DNA of 63,649 nt, counting the filler, from Octopus bimaculoides (taxonomy: Eukaryota): the NCBI RefSeq assembly GCF_001194135.2. It is 6 parts of 6 records of this genome, joined end to end, with 100 filler letters (N's around TTAATTAATTAA, not from the genome) between each part and the next. Parts side by side here need not be neighbours in the genome. Positions count along the whole stretch, not along the records: positions 61,397 to 63,649 come from NC_068989.1; 5 more parts are not named here. One strand, 5' to 3'. Within the stretch, counting starts at the first letter, position 1; the number at the start of each line of letters is the position of its first letter. Position numbers and translations under genes: made by a program. This document shows positions 62,073 to 63,649 of the stretch, one piece after another. The notes below the pieces were generated by a model. It was not told the origin of the DNA, made no database searches, and saw only the letters and a list, made by a program, of their open reading frames with translations.

Positions 62073-63309
62073 CGATATNNNNNNNNNNNNNNNNNNNNNN
62101 NNNNNNNNNNNNNNNNNNNNNNNNNNNNNNNNNNNNNNNNNNNNNNNNNNNNNNNNNNNNNNNNNNNNNNNNNNNNNNNNNNNNNNNNNNNNNNNNNNNN
62201 NNNNNNNNNNNNNNNNNNNNNNNNNNNNNNNNNNNNNNNNNNNNNNNNNNNNNNNNNNNNNNNNNNNNNNNNNNNNNNNNNNNNNNNNNNNNNNNNNNNN
62301 NNNNNNNNNNNNNNNNNNNNNNNNNNNNNNNNNNNNNNNNNNNNNNNNNNNNNNNNNNNNNNNNNNNNNNNNNNNNNNNNNNNNNNNNNNNNNNNNNNNN
62401 NNNNNNNNNNNNNNNNNNNNNNNNNNNNNNNNNNNNNNNNNNNNNNNNNNNNNNNNNNNNNNNNNNNNNNNNNNNNNNNNNNNNNNNNNNNNNNNNNNNN
62501 NNNNNNNNNNNNNNNNNNNNNNNNNNNNNNNNNNNNNNNNNNNNNNNNNNNNNNNNNNNNNNNNNNNNNNNNNNNNNNNNNNNNNNNNNNNNNNNNNNNN
62601 NNNNNNNNNNNNNNNNNNNNNNNNNNNNNNNNNNNNNNNNNNNNNNNNNNNNNNNNNNNNNNNNNNNNNNNNNNNNNNNNNNNNNNNNNNNNNNNNNNNN
62701 NNNNNNNNNNNNNNNNNNNNNNNNNNNNNNNNNNNNNNNNNNNNNNNNNNNNNNNNNNNNNNNNNNNNNNNNNNNNNNNNNNNNNNNNNNNNNNNNNNNN
62801 NNNNNNNNNNNNNNNNNNNNNNNNNNNNNNNNNNNNNNNNNNNNNNNNNNNNNNNNNNNNNNNNNNNNNNNNNNNNNNNNNNNNNNNNNNNNNNNNNNNN
62901 NNNNNNNNNNNNNNNNNNNNNNNNNNNNNNNNNNNNNNNNNNNNNNNNNNNATATATATATATATAAATTTAAATAATCAGAAAATGGAGAAAACCTTTT
63001 AATCAACAAACAAACAAATTGACCAGCATCGGTTGATTATTTTTTAATACAAAACATGACATATCATTTCTTGCGGCCGTTTCCGCTTCCAATGTTAGTC
63101 GGTGCTTCCGAAAGAAATTCCGAAAATGATATTCGTCATCTTCAGAACACATTGCTAATGCAAATAATAAAATCACCACGAATTACAATTTTGCTATGCT
63201 CCCTAAGTCCTATGCCAGCATCGTAAGTTATAAGAGATCTAGTTACAAACGGAAACGTCCCACTTGTACAGAGGGTATAGGATACTGGTTCGTTGTTCAT
63301 TCCCCGATT

Positions 63310-63500
63310 CTTTCACATTCACTTCAAATTTTGGCACAAGGCCAGCAATTTCGAGAGGGTGTAAGTCGATTACACAGACGACCAGTGCTCAATTGGTACT
63401 TATTTTATCGACCCTAAAACAATGAAGTCGACTCGGGCAGCATTTGAACCCAGAACGGAAGTATTTTTCCATTACGGTAACAATTCTGCCACTCGTCATC
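63310..63500 (-). mobile_element. SINE family B
   Basis: TTTTGGCACAAGGCC...GGTACTTATTTTATCGACCC...GTCGACTCGG...TTCTGCCACTCGTC. Confidence 0.75.
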
Positions 63501-63649
63501 TTCCCCAACTCCTTCGCATTGTATAAGTACGTGCACTAGTGTAGCTAGAGTGTACACCACCCGGGGCGGCCCTTCCGTTCCCCCCCCCCCGGACCCCACA
63601 AAAAACACATATTGCCTACAGTGGACCCAAAAGTGTTGCCCCTTTAAAA

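Overview
AT-rich, gap-rich eukaryotic genomic DNA. It is most likely from an octopus or related cephalopod, inferred from the SINE repertoire and microsatellite load; this was not confirmed by any search. No host protein-coding gene could be identified, and nearly all long ORFs in the supplied track are microsatellite or N-run artefacts. The window is a mosaic of decayed transposable elements: R4/Dong-type RLE LINE fragments ending in (TAA)n, four Penelope-like (PLE) coding fragments (RT and/or GIY-YIG), two RTE LINEs, an L1/Tx1-type LINE, three mariner transposase relics, and piggyBac-, hAT- and mariner-type MITEs. It also holds many tRNA-derived SINEs built from shuffled modules (Deu/Nin, CORE-like, Meta-like). 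Five identical 44N-TTAATTAATTAA-44N spacers are scaffold-join linkers, so adjacency across them is unreliable. Most interesting: (i) two related PLE RT fragments, each bracketed by its own inverted repeats; (ii) a series of minimal type-I hammerhead ribozyme relics with palindromic stem III; (iii) a Dong RT that reassembles across nested SINE insertions; (iv) SINE head/tail module swapping. Many repeat boundaries are approximate (about +/-10-30 nt). Identity figures come from hand alignments.
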